This document shows, one piece after another, positions 43,685-58,199 of a DNA stretch of 64,000 bases. The stretch lies in NCBI RefSeq assembly GCF_009914755.1, contig NC_060926.1; one strand, 5' to 3'. Numbering within the stretch: the stretch's first letter is position 1; each line of letters starts with the position of its first letter. The position numbers and the translations under genes were made by a program. Below the pieces are notes generated by a model, which saw only the letters and a program-made list of their open reading frames with translations, was not told the origin of the DNA and ran no database searches. This stretch comes from the human T2T-CHM13v2.0 reference genome, Homo sapiens.

Positions 43685-46600
43685 GAACTTTTACTTGGAG
43701 GAAATCTTTTTTTAGATAATTTTAAAACGAGTAGGACAAATATAATCAAGTACAGAGAATTGTGTCAATGGTCATAAATATTAGGATAAGGCCATAGGAA
43801 ATATGTTTAAGCATAAACAAATGATGCAGAGTTGGGGTTGGGGGTGGGCACAGGCTTTAGGGAGCTAATGGGTAGTGCCAGCCACTTAATTTATACAAGC
43901 AGTTCAAATTGTACCATTTCTGCGAATGTACTTAAGCTTTAACTTGTTTTGCTTCAGGGCAGCCCATGAGCTTAGACTGCCATATATTCTAGATGAATTT
44001 TAGTAATACAAGTAATGTCAACTTGTGAAGACCCTAGGCCACTAAATTCACTTCTTGACTTGTACAAAATTTTAATTTTAATACTCATCGGATAACTTTT
44101 CTAAGAAGATCACATCAATATGAATAGCAATGCTAATAGATACAATTATTTTATGAAATAAAACTTATTTAATTTGTCAGATAGTCACGGTTAGTGTTTG
44201 TACGTGAATAGGTAAGAAAGTGAGGTTTATAGCGATTTGTTTTAATTAATAGTGAAATCATTCTTTTTCTAAAACTAACAATGTTAGGGGAATTAAAAAC
44301 TTCAACTGGTTAGTAAATCAGAAGTTCATTCTCATTTTTTCTTTGTCTCTTTCAGTCTGTCTCTTTCTTTCGCTCTCTCTCACCACACAAAAACACATGC
44401 ATACTAGAAAGGTTCTCAGAAGGAATTTCGCCATGCTGCATTTGAAACAAATTGACTAATCTATTCTGAATGATGAATGTGCATCATAAAGGAATATTCT
44501 CGTTCTCTTTACTAATCTATTATTATGATACTGGTTTATTCAAATAACATTTAACAAATTGTACTGTGTTCCTACTATGTGCAAAATACTGTTCTGTTTG
44601 CTTTGACTGTGTGAATGAATACATACACTATTGTATGAATTCAATGAATACTTGTATGAGTAAATCACACAAAGATCCCCACCCTTTTGCAGTTTATATT
44701 CTATTGGGGTGCAATAGATCATAAAAATATAGTGATAACTTATATAGAATATTTATCTCCTACCAACCTGTTTATTCTAAGATCTAGATCTCATGGACCA
44801 ATCTCTTTCCATCTCATTTTCTCTTGAACTTATATGTCCCCACTCATATATACCTACACAAATTAATGTAAGAATGGAAAACTAATACATATTGATCCTG
44901 AAGCTATGTATGAGAACAATAACACTGCGTAATATGTGAGGGTTAAAGGCAAAAAAGAGAGATCTAAAGATGATTATTCAGCAATAACATGATATGATAT
45001 CTGTCCTTTAAAATATCTTTAAAATCAAATTATAATATTTTCAGAGGAACTAGAGGACAACATTATCTTTTAATGTAATGGTTCCAAATTAACAACATTT
45101 AAACAAAATAACAGTATTTATGACTGTGCAAAGTCAAATCTACAGAACTTCATTCAAAAGGGATGAGTGAATTTTAGTAGTTAGGAAAGATTCAAAAGCA
45201 TGTTTGTAATGAGAATTCTTCTTTCTCTTCCACATTGAAGGTATCACATTTATGTACCTCTGTAAAAACTGATTAAAAAAAAAAAAAACTAGGTTTTGAG
45301 GTCAAAGTTTCCTTAAAGTTTATGCATCAAAAAAATAAAAAGACTCATGATCTGATCATCTAGTAAGAAATGCTGAAACAACAATTTTCAAGTAAGCTTG
45401 TCTTTAATTAAAAATAGATTTGCGTATGCAGTCAGTCCAATTACAGATCAAACTTTGCTAAATTTTACCTAGATCCCAGGTTCTATTCTTTTTTGCAAAA
45501 AAAGCTGTACAATTATGATTCCAGTTTCACTTTCTGTGCTTCTGTTTCATTACTTTCTTTGGGGTCTTTAGCTTACATCTCAGAATTATTACTTATCCTC
45601 ATATGAAGAATGGAACCTAGCTTGACTTTCAAAAACCAGTTTGCGAACAATATTTTCATATTAGACAGAAGCTGAAATTATACTCCGAAGAAGTTATAGC
45701 ACATAATGAATTAGTGCCAACTTATTCACAGGTCGTATGATTACAGGACAATAGTGCAGGGTACATCATTCAAGAAAAGCCTTCAAGATTGCTGCTACCC
45801 ACCCCAGTTTTAGGAGATGGAGAAAGACTTTCTGATATTGTCAACTCAGTATTTTATTTCTCCAGATTCAAGAATGCATTCAGCACTCATTTAAGCCTTT
45901 ATCTTTTTTGCCCTAGTTTTTCTTCTTTCTGCCTAAATGCAAAACTTTAGGAAAACAATGTTTTTAAACCACAAGTAAACCAACAAATGGTTACCATATC
46001 TAGCACACTCCAGCTGATTATGAAACTGTTAATGAGAGCTAAGCAGAAATCAGGTATTTAGAGCTGGGAAGAACCCATGTGATTCTGCAACTTCCTCTAT
46101 GTGTAAGGAAGAACTTTACTCCAGGAAGTTGATATTTATTGCCAGTTCATTTGAGGTAGAAGATCTAGAAACACTATTTGTTAACGATGAAGTATATAAG
46201 TTAACACTTTGCCAGTTGCTCATTAAACAGTTCTACATTTTGTAAAATAAATAATAGAAATGACTGCATCTACTAGTTTGTGCATTTTATTATTTTAATA
46301 TCTGACATACTATTACATTGTGTTAATATTATGTTGGGACCAAGAAAATGAGAAATTGGGATACATTTAGAGATGTCATCTAAGATTTATAAGGCTGGAC
46401 GTAACTTTGCAAGTAAAATATTTGTATTTACTTCATTCTTTATGTCTATAGCATACAGATGTATATACTCTATATACATATATTTATAGACTCTATAGAA
46501 TTTAGTTTATAGAATATAATGGATAGAATAGAATTGCTAAAATAGGATTTCTTATTTCCCTCTTCTTACAGGACCTTTTATTTCCCAAGGTCAATCACTT

Positions 46601-47645
46601 TGGATTTCAATGTGATTGACAGATGAACTTCAGGGACTCCAGAAAATACCAAAACTGTGTGCAGTTTTTTGTTACTGTTTTTCTTGAATGTTCTAGAATG
46701 AGAAAAAAATGCTTAAGAAAATTTAAAAGCTACTGCATTTTTTTTTTAAAAAGAGCAACAACAGAAAAACAAAAAAACTAGGTAGAGAGGGATAACTTGC
46801 ATGGATAATGAGAGAATTTTAAACAATTAAAAACCTCTTTCTTGGTTCTCAAAGAAAAGAAAAAAACAAACCTATTGCTAGATTCTCTCAGAAAACACCT
46901 TCCACAGGGGTTTGAAGAGACATATCATTCTCCTAAAGTACTAATTTGAAACAGAAGAGATGGTTTATAACTGATATACTGCACTTAGTTTTAATTGTAC
47001 TTAGTGTTTTGTTTAGTCTTTGGCTATGAGATGTTTCCTAGACACATATAGATGACATCAGGGCTGAATCAATTCCTCACTGAACAGTAAGTCATGTGGG
47101 TAACTTTTCTAGGACCCTAGCACCCAGGCAAAAACAACTGCCAGAGGTAGAGGTTGTTTGCAAACAATTAGTTGTAAATTTAGATACTACTAGACAAGAA
47201 GAATTATACTAAATGTTCACAAATGCACCATGGCTTTGTGAATAGGGCATATGAACTAATAGTTAGGCCTCCTCAATTCTGTATCTGTCTATGCCAGTCA
47301 TAGGGCTTGTGAGTATGTGTCACAGTTCATCACTACTTTAGTTTTTATTTTTATAAAATAGTGATAGCATCACTGATTGCTTGAATTCCAATTTTTGAGG
47401 AATTAGATGAAAAATATGAGTAATGCATATTGATTTCTCTTGAGTGAACACAGCTAATTATAAACAGGAAAGGTGCTGTATTTTAAAATAAGCAACAATT
47501 AACAAATAATAGATTGCATTGATAAAATTATTTTAGTTATTATTTTGGCCTAATTTCCTTTATGCAAAGAAATAAAAGATAATCTTTAGCTGACTAAAAT
47601 ACAAAATAGGCAGATCCTGAAATTATTGAAGGCAGCTAAAAATAG

Positions 47646-48098
<453 letters not shown>

Positions 48099-49342
48099 TA
48101 AATGTTATAAAGAGTTATTTCAATGCTGCCTGAAAATTTCTCCTGATTTTATGTCATTGTAAGCCAGGAATCAGAAGCTATTAAAATTCAAAAGCTTCCT
48201 AAGGGACATTTTTAATAAATGTAAATAAGTAGAGAAAAAGAGTAATACTAAATGTATATATATATTCACATATATACATACAGACAATCACAGTTAAATT
48301 CCAAAGAGATTGTTGTAAAATTTACAGATATTCTAAAGTTCATCTACAATAACAAGTAGGTTATAACAGCAAAGGATTTTAACATAAAGAACGCATTAAG
48401 GGAAGTTGCACTTTCAAGTATTTAAAGGTATTACGAGTGATGATTAACATGCAGACAAACATGCAGAAGAGAATAAATGACCTCAGATGCAAACTCTAAA
48501 ATATGCAAAAATAAAGCACAGTATGAAATAATCACAAATATGTGGGGAAGTACAAAATGATTAATATATGGTTCTGGGAAAACTGAATAATTATTTGTGA
48601 AAAATGTAAACTCCCTACCTCACACTGCATTCTAAAATATCAGATGAAGGGAGGGTAAACATAAACTCTAAGACAAGCTAAGAGCAAATAAAGACTCTAT
48701 AAACAGAAACATAATGGGGAAAAGATTTTACCTTATAAAAGTTAACAACTTTAAGTTAAAAATACCACAATTACAAGTAAATGGAAAATAGAGGAAGTAC
48801 ATTCAACATCAGTGTCTTCTTCTATTAGAAGACTTCTCTCAATATAGAAATTCCTAGTTTATGTTCATCTCCTTTAGTGGACTGAAAGCTTCTTGAAGAA
48901 AGAGGCTCATATTCATCATTTTATTCTGAGCGCATTGAATATAAGTTGGGCACAGTAAGCATTATCATTGGCTACTAAAAATTATAAGTATCCTATCTAA
49001 AGGTTGATCAAGGCAATGAAAAACAAGATGGACTACAGATACTCCTAAACTTCTGGTAAGATTCTTCATTGATGTTTACAGAATTCTTCAGTTGCATGCT
49101 ATAGAAATCAGTCATGACTAAATTAAGGAATAAGATCCACAACAAAGGAAGGTATTTTGAAGCTTATAGAATCAAAAGAAAATGAGAGAAAACAGAATGG
49201 CTGCAGAGAATATGAGAGGAAATGATGAAGTCCTTTCTGGGTACCATCACTGATGGGCTAAATCAGCATCAGTACTTTTTCTGATCATGTTTCTGTGTGC
49301 TTCAGGCTCAAATTCCTAGAATAGAAAGTGTGACTTTACTAG

Positions 49343-49729
<387 letters not shown>

Positions 49730-51266
49730 AAGACCATAGTCTCCTGCCCAGTCCAAGATCAAGGGACTGTAAATAGCAGAAGGGAAAAATGTCTCCTCAA
49801 TAGGTAAAAACAACAGACATCCACAGGGTGTATCAAGATACTTAAAAATACTCTTTGTTTCAGTAATATCTCTTGTAGGAATTAATTCCATGGAATTAAT
49901 CAGAGACATTTGTAGTAGTGTGATGGTAGAAATAAACTATTTGGCCAACAAAAGGGGAATAATTAAATTGTGGCATACACTATTAAATCATTGATTTTCA
50001 AATGTTGATAACATTGGAAAATGGTGATGAAATAATAGTGAAAAAAGCAGAATACAAAATTTAGTATGAAGAAGGACTCTTGATTTACATTTATAAAAAT
50101 GGTTAAATGAAATATTAACATTTGTTATTTTTGCATAGTAGGATGATAGGGATTTCATTTTTAAGTATATGAAAATGTTTTTGCTGGGAACAGGCACTAC
50201 TTTAATGATCATTAAAAAAATCTATACTAAAAAAAACTGTAAAAATGGGTGAAATGATAATGGCTTTGGGCTCCAGACAGCTGTACTAGAAACAAAACAT
50301 TGGAGTGATATGCTTAATTTTGGAAGGAAAGGACTAAATTGTACAAATTTCTGTTTTCTACATTGTTACTATATATTCAGTGATATCTGGTTAATTTCAT
50401 AGTTGGTAACTTTTCAGGGGTAATTTTAGACTTTGCTTTTCACATCTTTATCTTAATGTAATTGAACTTAAGATGTATTTGCATTTTGTAATTAAAATAA
50501 ATTTTTTTATTGTCATATCAGGTTAAAAAAACAATAAAAATAATTGCATGTGTTTGTATATACGTGTATCTTATCAGTTGTCCTAATTTGTATTAACTCA
50601 AGCTTAAATTGAGACAATATGAGCTATTCTAGTCTAGCCCAGTTATTTATTAAATACAATTAAAGATTCTGTTAAATATGATTATAATAAAGCTAAAAAT
50701 CATGCTTCCTTACATAAATCCAAAAACAAATATCATGGAAAGTTTTGATGTTTTTTCTCTTGGCTCATATCTGTAGCTCACAAATTATAACTGAAAGAAG
50801 AACAAAGGGTTTGGGCAGAGAAATAAATGGAATTTTTCTAAAAGCATAAATACGTTATCTTGTAATATATTTTTGAGCAGCACTTTGGTATATTGACTGA
50901 ACTCTGCACAGAATGATTTTGATGATCTCATGAACTATATTTGAGCAAATAATAAAAATATTGGAAAAGAATAAAAGAGGAAAAAGAAAATTGGTTGATC
51001 ATTGGTTGCCTTGTAGCCATTGCCCTCTTCTGGTTCATGAGAATGTACAATCTGACAGCTGGTTTCTTTTCAGAACATAAGGTAGGGCCAACTTTGTAGT
51101 TATTTTTTCCTTTTGTGAAATTTATGTGTTTAATTTTATAATAGATAATATATTATACAACTGGTTCCAAAAACACACAGTAAAAATTCTCCCTCTCGTA
51201 TCCTTCCCCATATACTTAGTTTTCATTCCTCAAATAGGTAACCACTCCTACCAGTTTCGTGGTGTT

Positions 51267-51518
51267 TGTAATTGTTAACTTTATGTGTCAACTTGACTGG
51301 TCTAAGTTGCCTAGGTAGCTGGTAAAACATTATTTATGGGTATGTCTGGGAGAATACCTCTGGAAGAGATTAGCATTTAAATCATTAGACCAATTAAAGA
51401 AGACTGTCCTCATCAGTATGAATGGGAATCATCCTGAAGGAAGCAGAAAGGTAGAGGAAGGGCAAATAGCTCTTTCTGCTTGAGTTGAGACATCTGTTTT
51501 CTCCTGCTCTTGGAAACA

Positions 51519-51565
<47 letters not shown>

Positions 51566-51625
51566 AGAGACCTTGTTGCTGCCATTTTACTGGAGAACCC
51601 TAATACAAATTTTGGTACCAGGAGT
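51267..51625 (+). mobile_element. MLT2 (ERV-L) LTR, internally deleted, with PBS
   Basis: Starts TGTAATTGTTAACTTTATGTGTCAACTTGACTGG, ends TGGAGAACCCTAATACA at 51607, then TGGTACCAGGAGTGGGAT (tRNA-Leu-type PBS). Confidence 0.85.
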
Positions 51626-51629
51626 GGGA

Positions 51630-52526
51630 TGAAGCCTCAGGATATTGAGCACTATCTTGCATAGTCATGACTTCAGGGGAAGTCATTTTTGTTTCCATGA
51701 GCAATTCAGAGTTTATCCCCTCAGACTGAGCTGGAAAGGCCAATGCCACTGTGGGTTGGGAGGTTGTTACCAATAGGAGTGAGAGGCTGCTTCTACTGGA
51801 GATGGAAAGGATGCTTTCACTGGGTTGGGGAGACCTCTTTCCCTGACAAAGAAGACTCATCAGAATTTATAAGCTTACTGTCCCCAGCTTCATCAAGGTC
51901 TTCCATACCTTCCCATCCCAATTTACAGTATTCCATTCTTCCCCAATTAATACCCTTACTTTACTAGTAGATACTCTGAAAGGCTGGAAGTTGAACTTGT
52001 AATTCAGCTAATCCCAGGATGAAGTTCTGTGTTTGATTTTCAGCAATTTCAGCCCTGCAGATACAGGAGATAAAGCTCTCCTTCATGGGAGAAGAAGAAG
52101 CTCTTAAGTCGTTTATGCAGCACTTGAGCTGGGAATTCAAATCCCAGAGCTCACCACTTTGTCTAGCAACATGATTATATCCCTTAGTTTTCAAAAATAT
52201 TTGAAAGTATCATGTACAGAGTCCCTTAGCTCTTTGTTTCTTGTAAGTGGTTGATTGGAAGTATCCAGTGCAGTATTTTATGTATTGTTATACTCAGTGT
52301 TCTCTTTACCAGTGGAAATAAGGCATTAAATTAGCACCAATAAATCTAATCAGATTAGAGAGCTAAATCCAGAGATCCCAGAACCAATTCAGAAAACTTA
52401 TCCTTAAAATTCTGTTCCTCTAGAACCACTCTTGGCAACAAAATCTGTTATTCAGGGCTCTCTAGAGAAACAGAACCAATAAAGTATGTGTATGTGAGCA
52501 TACAGAGAAAAAGAGAGACAGAGAGA

Positions 52527-52559
<33 letters not shown>

Positions 52560-53046
52560 AAGAGGGAGAGACTATAAGAATTGGCTCAGGAGAGACAGAG
52601 AAAGAGAGAGAGATTCTAAGAATTGGCTTATGTGGTTAGGGGACCAAGAATTCTCATAATCTGCCATCAACAGGCTGGAAAATTAGGAAAGCTGGTAGTA
52701 TTCAGTCTGAGTCTGAAGGCCTGAGAATGTGGGGAATCAATAGTGTAAATTTATGTTGAGTTTGAAAGCTCAAGATCTAAGAACATCAGTGTCCAAGGAC
52801 GGGAGAAGATAGCTGTCCCACCTCAAGCTGAGAGCAAATTCACCCTTCCTCTGACATTTTGTTCTATTCTCACCCTCAAAGGATTGCATAATGCCCATCT
52901 AGGTTAGTGAAGATGATCTTTGTTACTCAGTCTACAGATTCAGATGCTCATCTCATCCATCTGCACAGGCACACCTAGAAATGTTTTACCAGCCACCTAG
53001 GTATCCTTTAGCTCAGTCAAGTTGGCACATAAAATTAACCATCACA
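51630..53046 (-). mobile_element. MLT2 LTR (52446-53046) plus ERV-L leader and gag relic
   Basis: Reverse complement starts TGTGATGGTTAATTTTATGTGCCAACTTGACTG and is followed by PBS-like TTGTTGCCAAGAGTGGTTCTAGAGG. The minus-strand ORF 51964-52194 (LNSQLKCCINDLRASS...CRAEIAENQTQNFILGLAELQ) resembles ERV-L Gag. Confidence 0.85.
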
Positions 53047-53799
53047 GTATCTTTCCAGATACTGTGCCTATGCACATACAGACACGAAATATTTTCTCAC
53101 CAATTTTTAGACAGTTGTTAATATATATATATATTTTGCTTCCTGATTTTTAAACACAGCAATCTTGGAGGACTGTCAAAGTTTACAAGAGCTTCCTCAT
53201 TCATTTTCTCAACTCCATCATATTACCTTTGTTGAAAGTGCCATAATTTATTTATTATGAGACAGTTCCTACCTGATGAACAATTAATATTTTTTCTGAT
53301 ATTTTGGTTAACACAACCAATGCTGTAAAGCTCTTGTGCATATTATTTCACACGTGTACAAGAAACTAAAGGACCTAGAAGTGGAGTTGCTAATTTAAAA
53401 TGTATGTGTGCTTGTTCACTGTGAAAATGTATGTGTATTTATTTTCACATTTGATTATCTTGCCTTCCTTGTCTTCAGTTGCACGGTTAATAATGCTGAA
53501 TAAGGCTGGACCAAATACCGGGTTTCATGGCATTTGTCTAGAGGCCCCTACCCAGGTTTGCACTTATCTATTAGCGTGCTTTGTGTGTATACACATTTAT
53601 TGTGAACTAATCTCATTTGATGATCTTTCAGCATCTGTTTAACTATCTTGACCACAAAGATAGCCATGAGAATAAAGAATTTCTGTTAAATTGTTCCTTA
53701 ATTTCAGATTTTCTCCTTTGCCATCCTGCGGTCTACTAGACTAAATTATATGAAGAATATGAGGACTAGTTATTCACCTACTAAATAACAGTGTTAAAA

Positions 53800-54340
53800 A
53801 TAATCATGTTCTGTGTTGGCAAGTATGCTGTGAATCTGGTGCTTTCAGATACTCTTTGGTGCAATTGAAATCGGTATAGCCCTTTTGGAAAACAATTTGG
53901 CAGTATGTGGGGAAAATAATTATAAAAAAAATTCTTACTGTCTAATGCATTAATACTACTTCTAGGAATCTATTCTAAGGAAATAGTACAAAATATGGAA
54001 AAGGTCATATGTTTGAAGATGTTGATGAATGTATTATGTATAATAAAAAATCAGAAATAACTCAAATGGCCAACAATAGACTTATGCACATACATTTGAG
54101 AATAATATGCAACCATTAAGAGTAAATATGTGATTGTAATAAAATATAAAATGATTATAATAAAATATAAAAATGCACATGCTTTAATGTTTCTTGGGGA
54201 TAATATGGTACAAAATTACGTACAAGTCCTACTTTAAATAGGCAAAATATACACATATGAACACTGAAATTATAAATATGTTGTAAAATGGTGAAAATAG
54301 AGATGATTTCCTCTTTATTTTTATGTCCAGTTTTCTAGAA
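53800..54340 (+). mobile_element. L1ME-type 3' fragment; similar relics near 48280-48800 and 49850-50190
   Basis: CCCTTTTGGAAAACAATTTGGCAGTA...TACTTCTAGGAATCTATTCTAAGGAAATA. Confidence 0.65.
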
Positions 54341-57300
54341 TATTTTATAACTTTAAAAAATTTTTAAATGAAAAAACAACTATTTTCCCTTTTGACTTTA
54401 ATATTTTGCACTGAATATTAGTCATGGTTTTTGATAGTTTTAACTTATTTCTCACTATTCAGTAGTGTGAGATTTTTCATCTCCTTATATAGGTGAGTTT
54501 ATCACAGAGTTTGCATGCAATACAGTGCATGTTGTCTTCAAAACTGTTCTTTCATTGTCTTCTATGTAACAAAGTGCATCTTAATCACGGAACTTCCTTT
54601 CAGTCTCATTTCTCATGATATTCTTTTTCTTTTAGAAGAACAAATTCAGACATTTTGAACATTCTCAGCTAGCTTCCTGACTTCTCAAATTAATCTAACA
54701 CTCTTTGCCCTGCTCAGTAAGCACTTATGCTGGTCTTTCTCTTTCTTAAACCCACTAAGCCTCATGGTTACTATTTAAACATTTTAAAGAGATACTGTGT
54801 CTCTTATAATTGGTATTCTCTTTTAGAATAATTACTTAGAAAAAAGGCAATTATGATCATATTTTGTAAAAGTTTACCCAATTGGACCATCTCCTAATCT
54901 TTTTAAAATTCTGCATATTTCATTGAAATAAATTTAGGGAAAATTAATAAGATAGCAAAAATATTATATTTACCCCACAGATTTGATATATCCTAAAAAA
55001 GATTACCCATGGTAGTGGTATATGTTCAAAAAAAGAGCAAATAACTAAAATATAGTGGAAAAGTTCCCTTTATACACGAGTTAATTTGAAGTGAAATAGG
55101 AAGAAACAGTGTGAAGTATATATGTTTCTTCACTGTCTCTTTGGGGAATGAATGTGGTAACATTATCTCTCTTTATTGAAATGCATTTTATATCATAGCC
55201 TATCTTATTCTCTTTGCTCAGTTGATTATCACATTATCTTCAAAGTATTAAACTCATAGTTAATTTCAGAGAGACTACAACAAGAATATGAGTGTCATCT
55301 TATGTCTGAAGCATAACATTTTGTAGTTCTATGTACTTATTTTTCCTGTCAAGTGAAATGATTTTGGATTTCTCAGTAATAAAGATGTTATTTTCTAAGA
55401 GTGCACTAATAAGTAGATGGAATCATTTTGAAGTCATGGTGGACAGTGAATGGTGAGGTGGTTATCAAAAGGACTTGCGTCTGCCCCAGCCCCTGTTCAT
55501 GGTTTGCCAGGACTGTCATCAGAAAATATTAATAGATGGAATGTTAAGGAACCCATTCTGTTTTGCTTATATAGTGCTGAGCCTCTTTCTTTTTCCTCTG
55601 CTGTACTGTTTAGGGATGTCTCTTCCAAGATCTTCCCTTCCCTTTTCCTGTTCAAATTCAGAGATTTCACTCTCTACTCCTCTAAATTCCCCACTCGTAC
55701 CAGTTGATAGTTAAAATAGTTGTGAGTCTTGTTACTAAAAAGACCTTCAAAAGCTTTCCAAGATAGAAAAACATATTCATTTAAAATTGATTTTATTGTT
55801 CAATGTTGAGTCCATGATTAGGAGTAAATATGATATAACAAAACTTGAAAATAAAGTTAAAATATTAATTTAGTAAATGGGAAAATAGTTGCTATCCCAT
55901 CAAGCATTTTGTGGAGAGTAATATTAGTAACACAAAATAATTGTTGGAATGTTACTGTGTGTTAGAAATAGAATTGTTAATCTTTTTATAGGCATTATAT
56001 TATTGAATACTTAATAAAACCTTAGGCAGTAGATGTTACTATAATAATATCTCTATTTTATAACTGTTGGGACTGAGAAAGACATATAGGTTATATAATA
56101 TTTACAAGCTCAAAACTGAGTTTTTGATAGAGCCAAGAATTTAATACCAGAACCTCAAACAAAACATGTACTCCTTTTGTTTATTAGTTTTTGAAGTAGA
56201 ATGGTATCTATTACTAGAAAGGAGATGTCAACTGAGCAGGCCTAGGGTAGTCTAATAAGGGAAAAAACTGCCCTATCTTTCTTAGACATCGACTGTAATT
56301 TCTGCCTGTATTATTCATATCTTCTGTCATATACTTTACTATGCTATTTTATTATTTTCCATTTCAATATAAAATTGAGAAATGAAGTAACTGATACTTT
56401 AACATTCCATGTGAAAATCCCTCCAATAAGATTCCTTCTATGTAGTCAGTTGAAAAATGAAATGAAGAGATTTGGCTACTACTATCTAATGTTTTTTTTG
56501 AAGGGTATAGGTGAAGAGTAAGGAGTTGAGCACATTTCTTCTAAGATTTTTTTTAAAAGGCTCATTTCCTGTTAGCTTTTTCCCCTTTTCTTTAGTTGGC
56601 AATGGGAAATGACATCCTGTACTTAATCTTCTCTTTAAATCAGATCGGATATGAGAACTATACAGTGCCATCAGTGGCCTGGCAAGTGACTTGATGGCTG
56701 ATCCTTTTCATCTGTACGAAATCCTGAAAATAACCAAAAATATCTAAAACAATGATGTCAGTATTCAGATTCTCAGTGATAAACTCCTTTTGGACTGTGG
56801 CATTATGCTTGGACCCTTGTTTCCTAGATGTTTTTAGTCATATTCATTGTCATAGTGATATCGGCAACTTTACCAGTTGCAAATGTAACATATTCAGTAA
56901 TACCTGGCTTAATATCCAAGGTGCCATGAGTCTCAAACGAGTTCTTTTCTGTTTGTTAAAAAATTAACCCTATTAATGTTTTATGTCAAGAAATTGACTT
57001 GTCATAGCTCATAATTGAAGGAAATCACAGCAGAGACTGTTAAAAGTAACTTGGTCTATATTTGGTGCTAGATGCTCTAGAGCAGAAAGGTTAGATTTGG
57101 CATTAATCATTATTCCTCAATTTTTCTTTCCTCACATTTGTTTTGCTTTCTTTTCAGTTACTTTTTATACATTCAGGGCTAGTTCTAAGCTAAATTAATG
57201 TACTGTAAAGTTTCAAATAAATAGCAAGAGTTGAGAATTTCTGAGAATGAAGAAATAGATAATATACAAAAGATAGAAACTTAGAGTTTATGGACCTTAA

Positions 57301-57866
57301 AATTACATACCTACTTCTTTGGTATTATTCTATGTTTATGAACCACTTTTTGTGTATGTGGCAGAATCAGTATATATTGCACACAAAATTTCATGTCCTA
57401 GTGGGACTCCATAGCTACACTGATCTACCTCTTAAAAATTATTTAGGCTGTTTACTAATCTCAGTCATCTAATGATTTAAAACATATAGCATCTGTATTC
57501 TCTTTTGCTTTTGAAATCACATTTATAACTCTAAGAACCCAATTCATTAACAATGAAGGGTAAAATAATCTGCAAAAAAGTTAAGTTGATAGTTTTGACA
57601 GATTTCATTAGGCAAATACATATTTGACAAAGTTAATAATATGGTACTTTCATTTTGACTTTTAAAATAGGTATTCAACAATGTGGAAAAATATTTAGAT
57701 AATTCTTATTTATAAATTTTATTCAAATGTTGGTTTTCAGTAAATGGTATTGTCCAAAACAGGCAAAAACCACAAGTCTACTAAACTGAATATTTGGATA
57801 CTGCATGCATGCAGTACATACTAGTTTTAACAGCAATGTCATGTACATACCACAAAAGAAATAAGG

Positions 57867-58155
57867 AAGAATATATAAAAGATTTTCTGAGTAGAGATAA
57901 CAAGCAAACTGTTTTCATTTATCAAGTTACAATTAATTTTTTACACAGGATGCATTATTTTCACTGATTAACTTATATTTGTATTGGTGAGCCAGTATCT
58001 CAAAAGCAATAGACAAGAATATATAAAAGATTTTCTGAGTAGAGATCACAAGCAAACTGTTTCCATTTAGCAAGTTACAATTAATGATTTTTTTTTCAAC
58101 AGGGCACATTATTTTCACTAATTAACTTATATTTGTACTGGTGAGCCAGTATCTC
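57867..58155. repeat. 148-bp-period tandem duplication, 2 copies
   Basis: AAGAATATATAAAAGATTTTCTGAGTAGAGAT...GGTGAGCCAGTATCTC at 57867-58001 and 58015-58155 with a 13-nt spacer; few substitutions and a small indel. Confidence 0.95.
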
Positions 58156-58199
58156 CCTTGACAGTGTTTGTTTATTTACGTTTGAGAGAGAGGGAGAAC

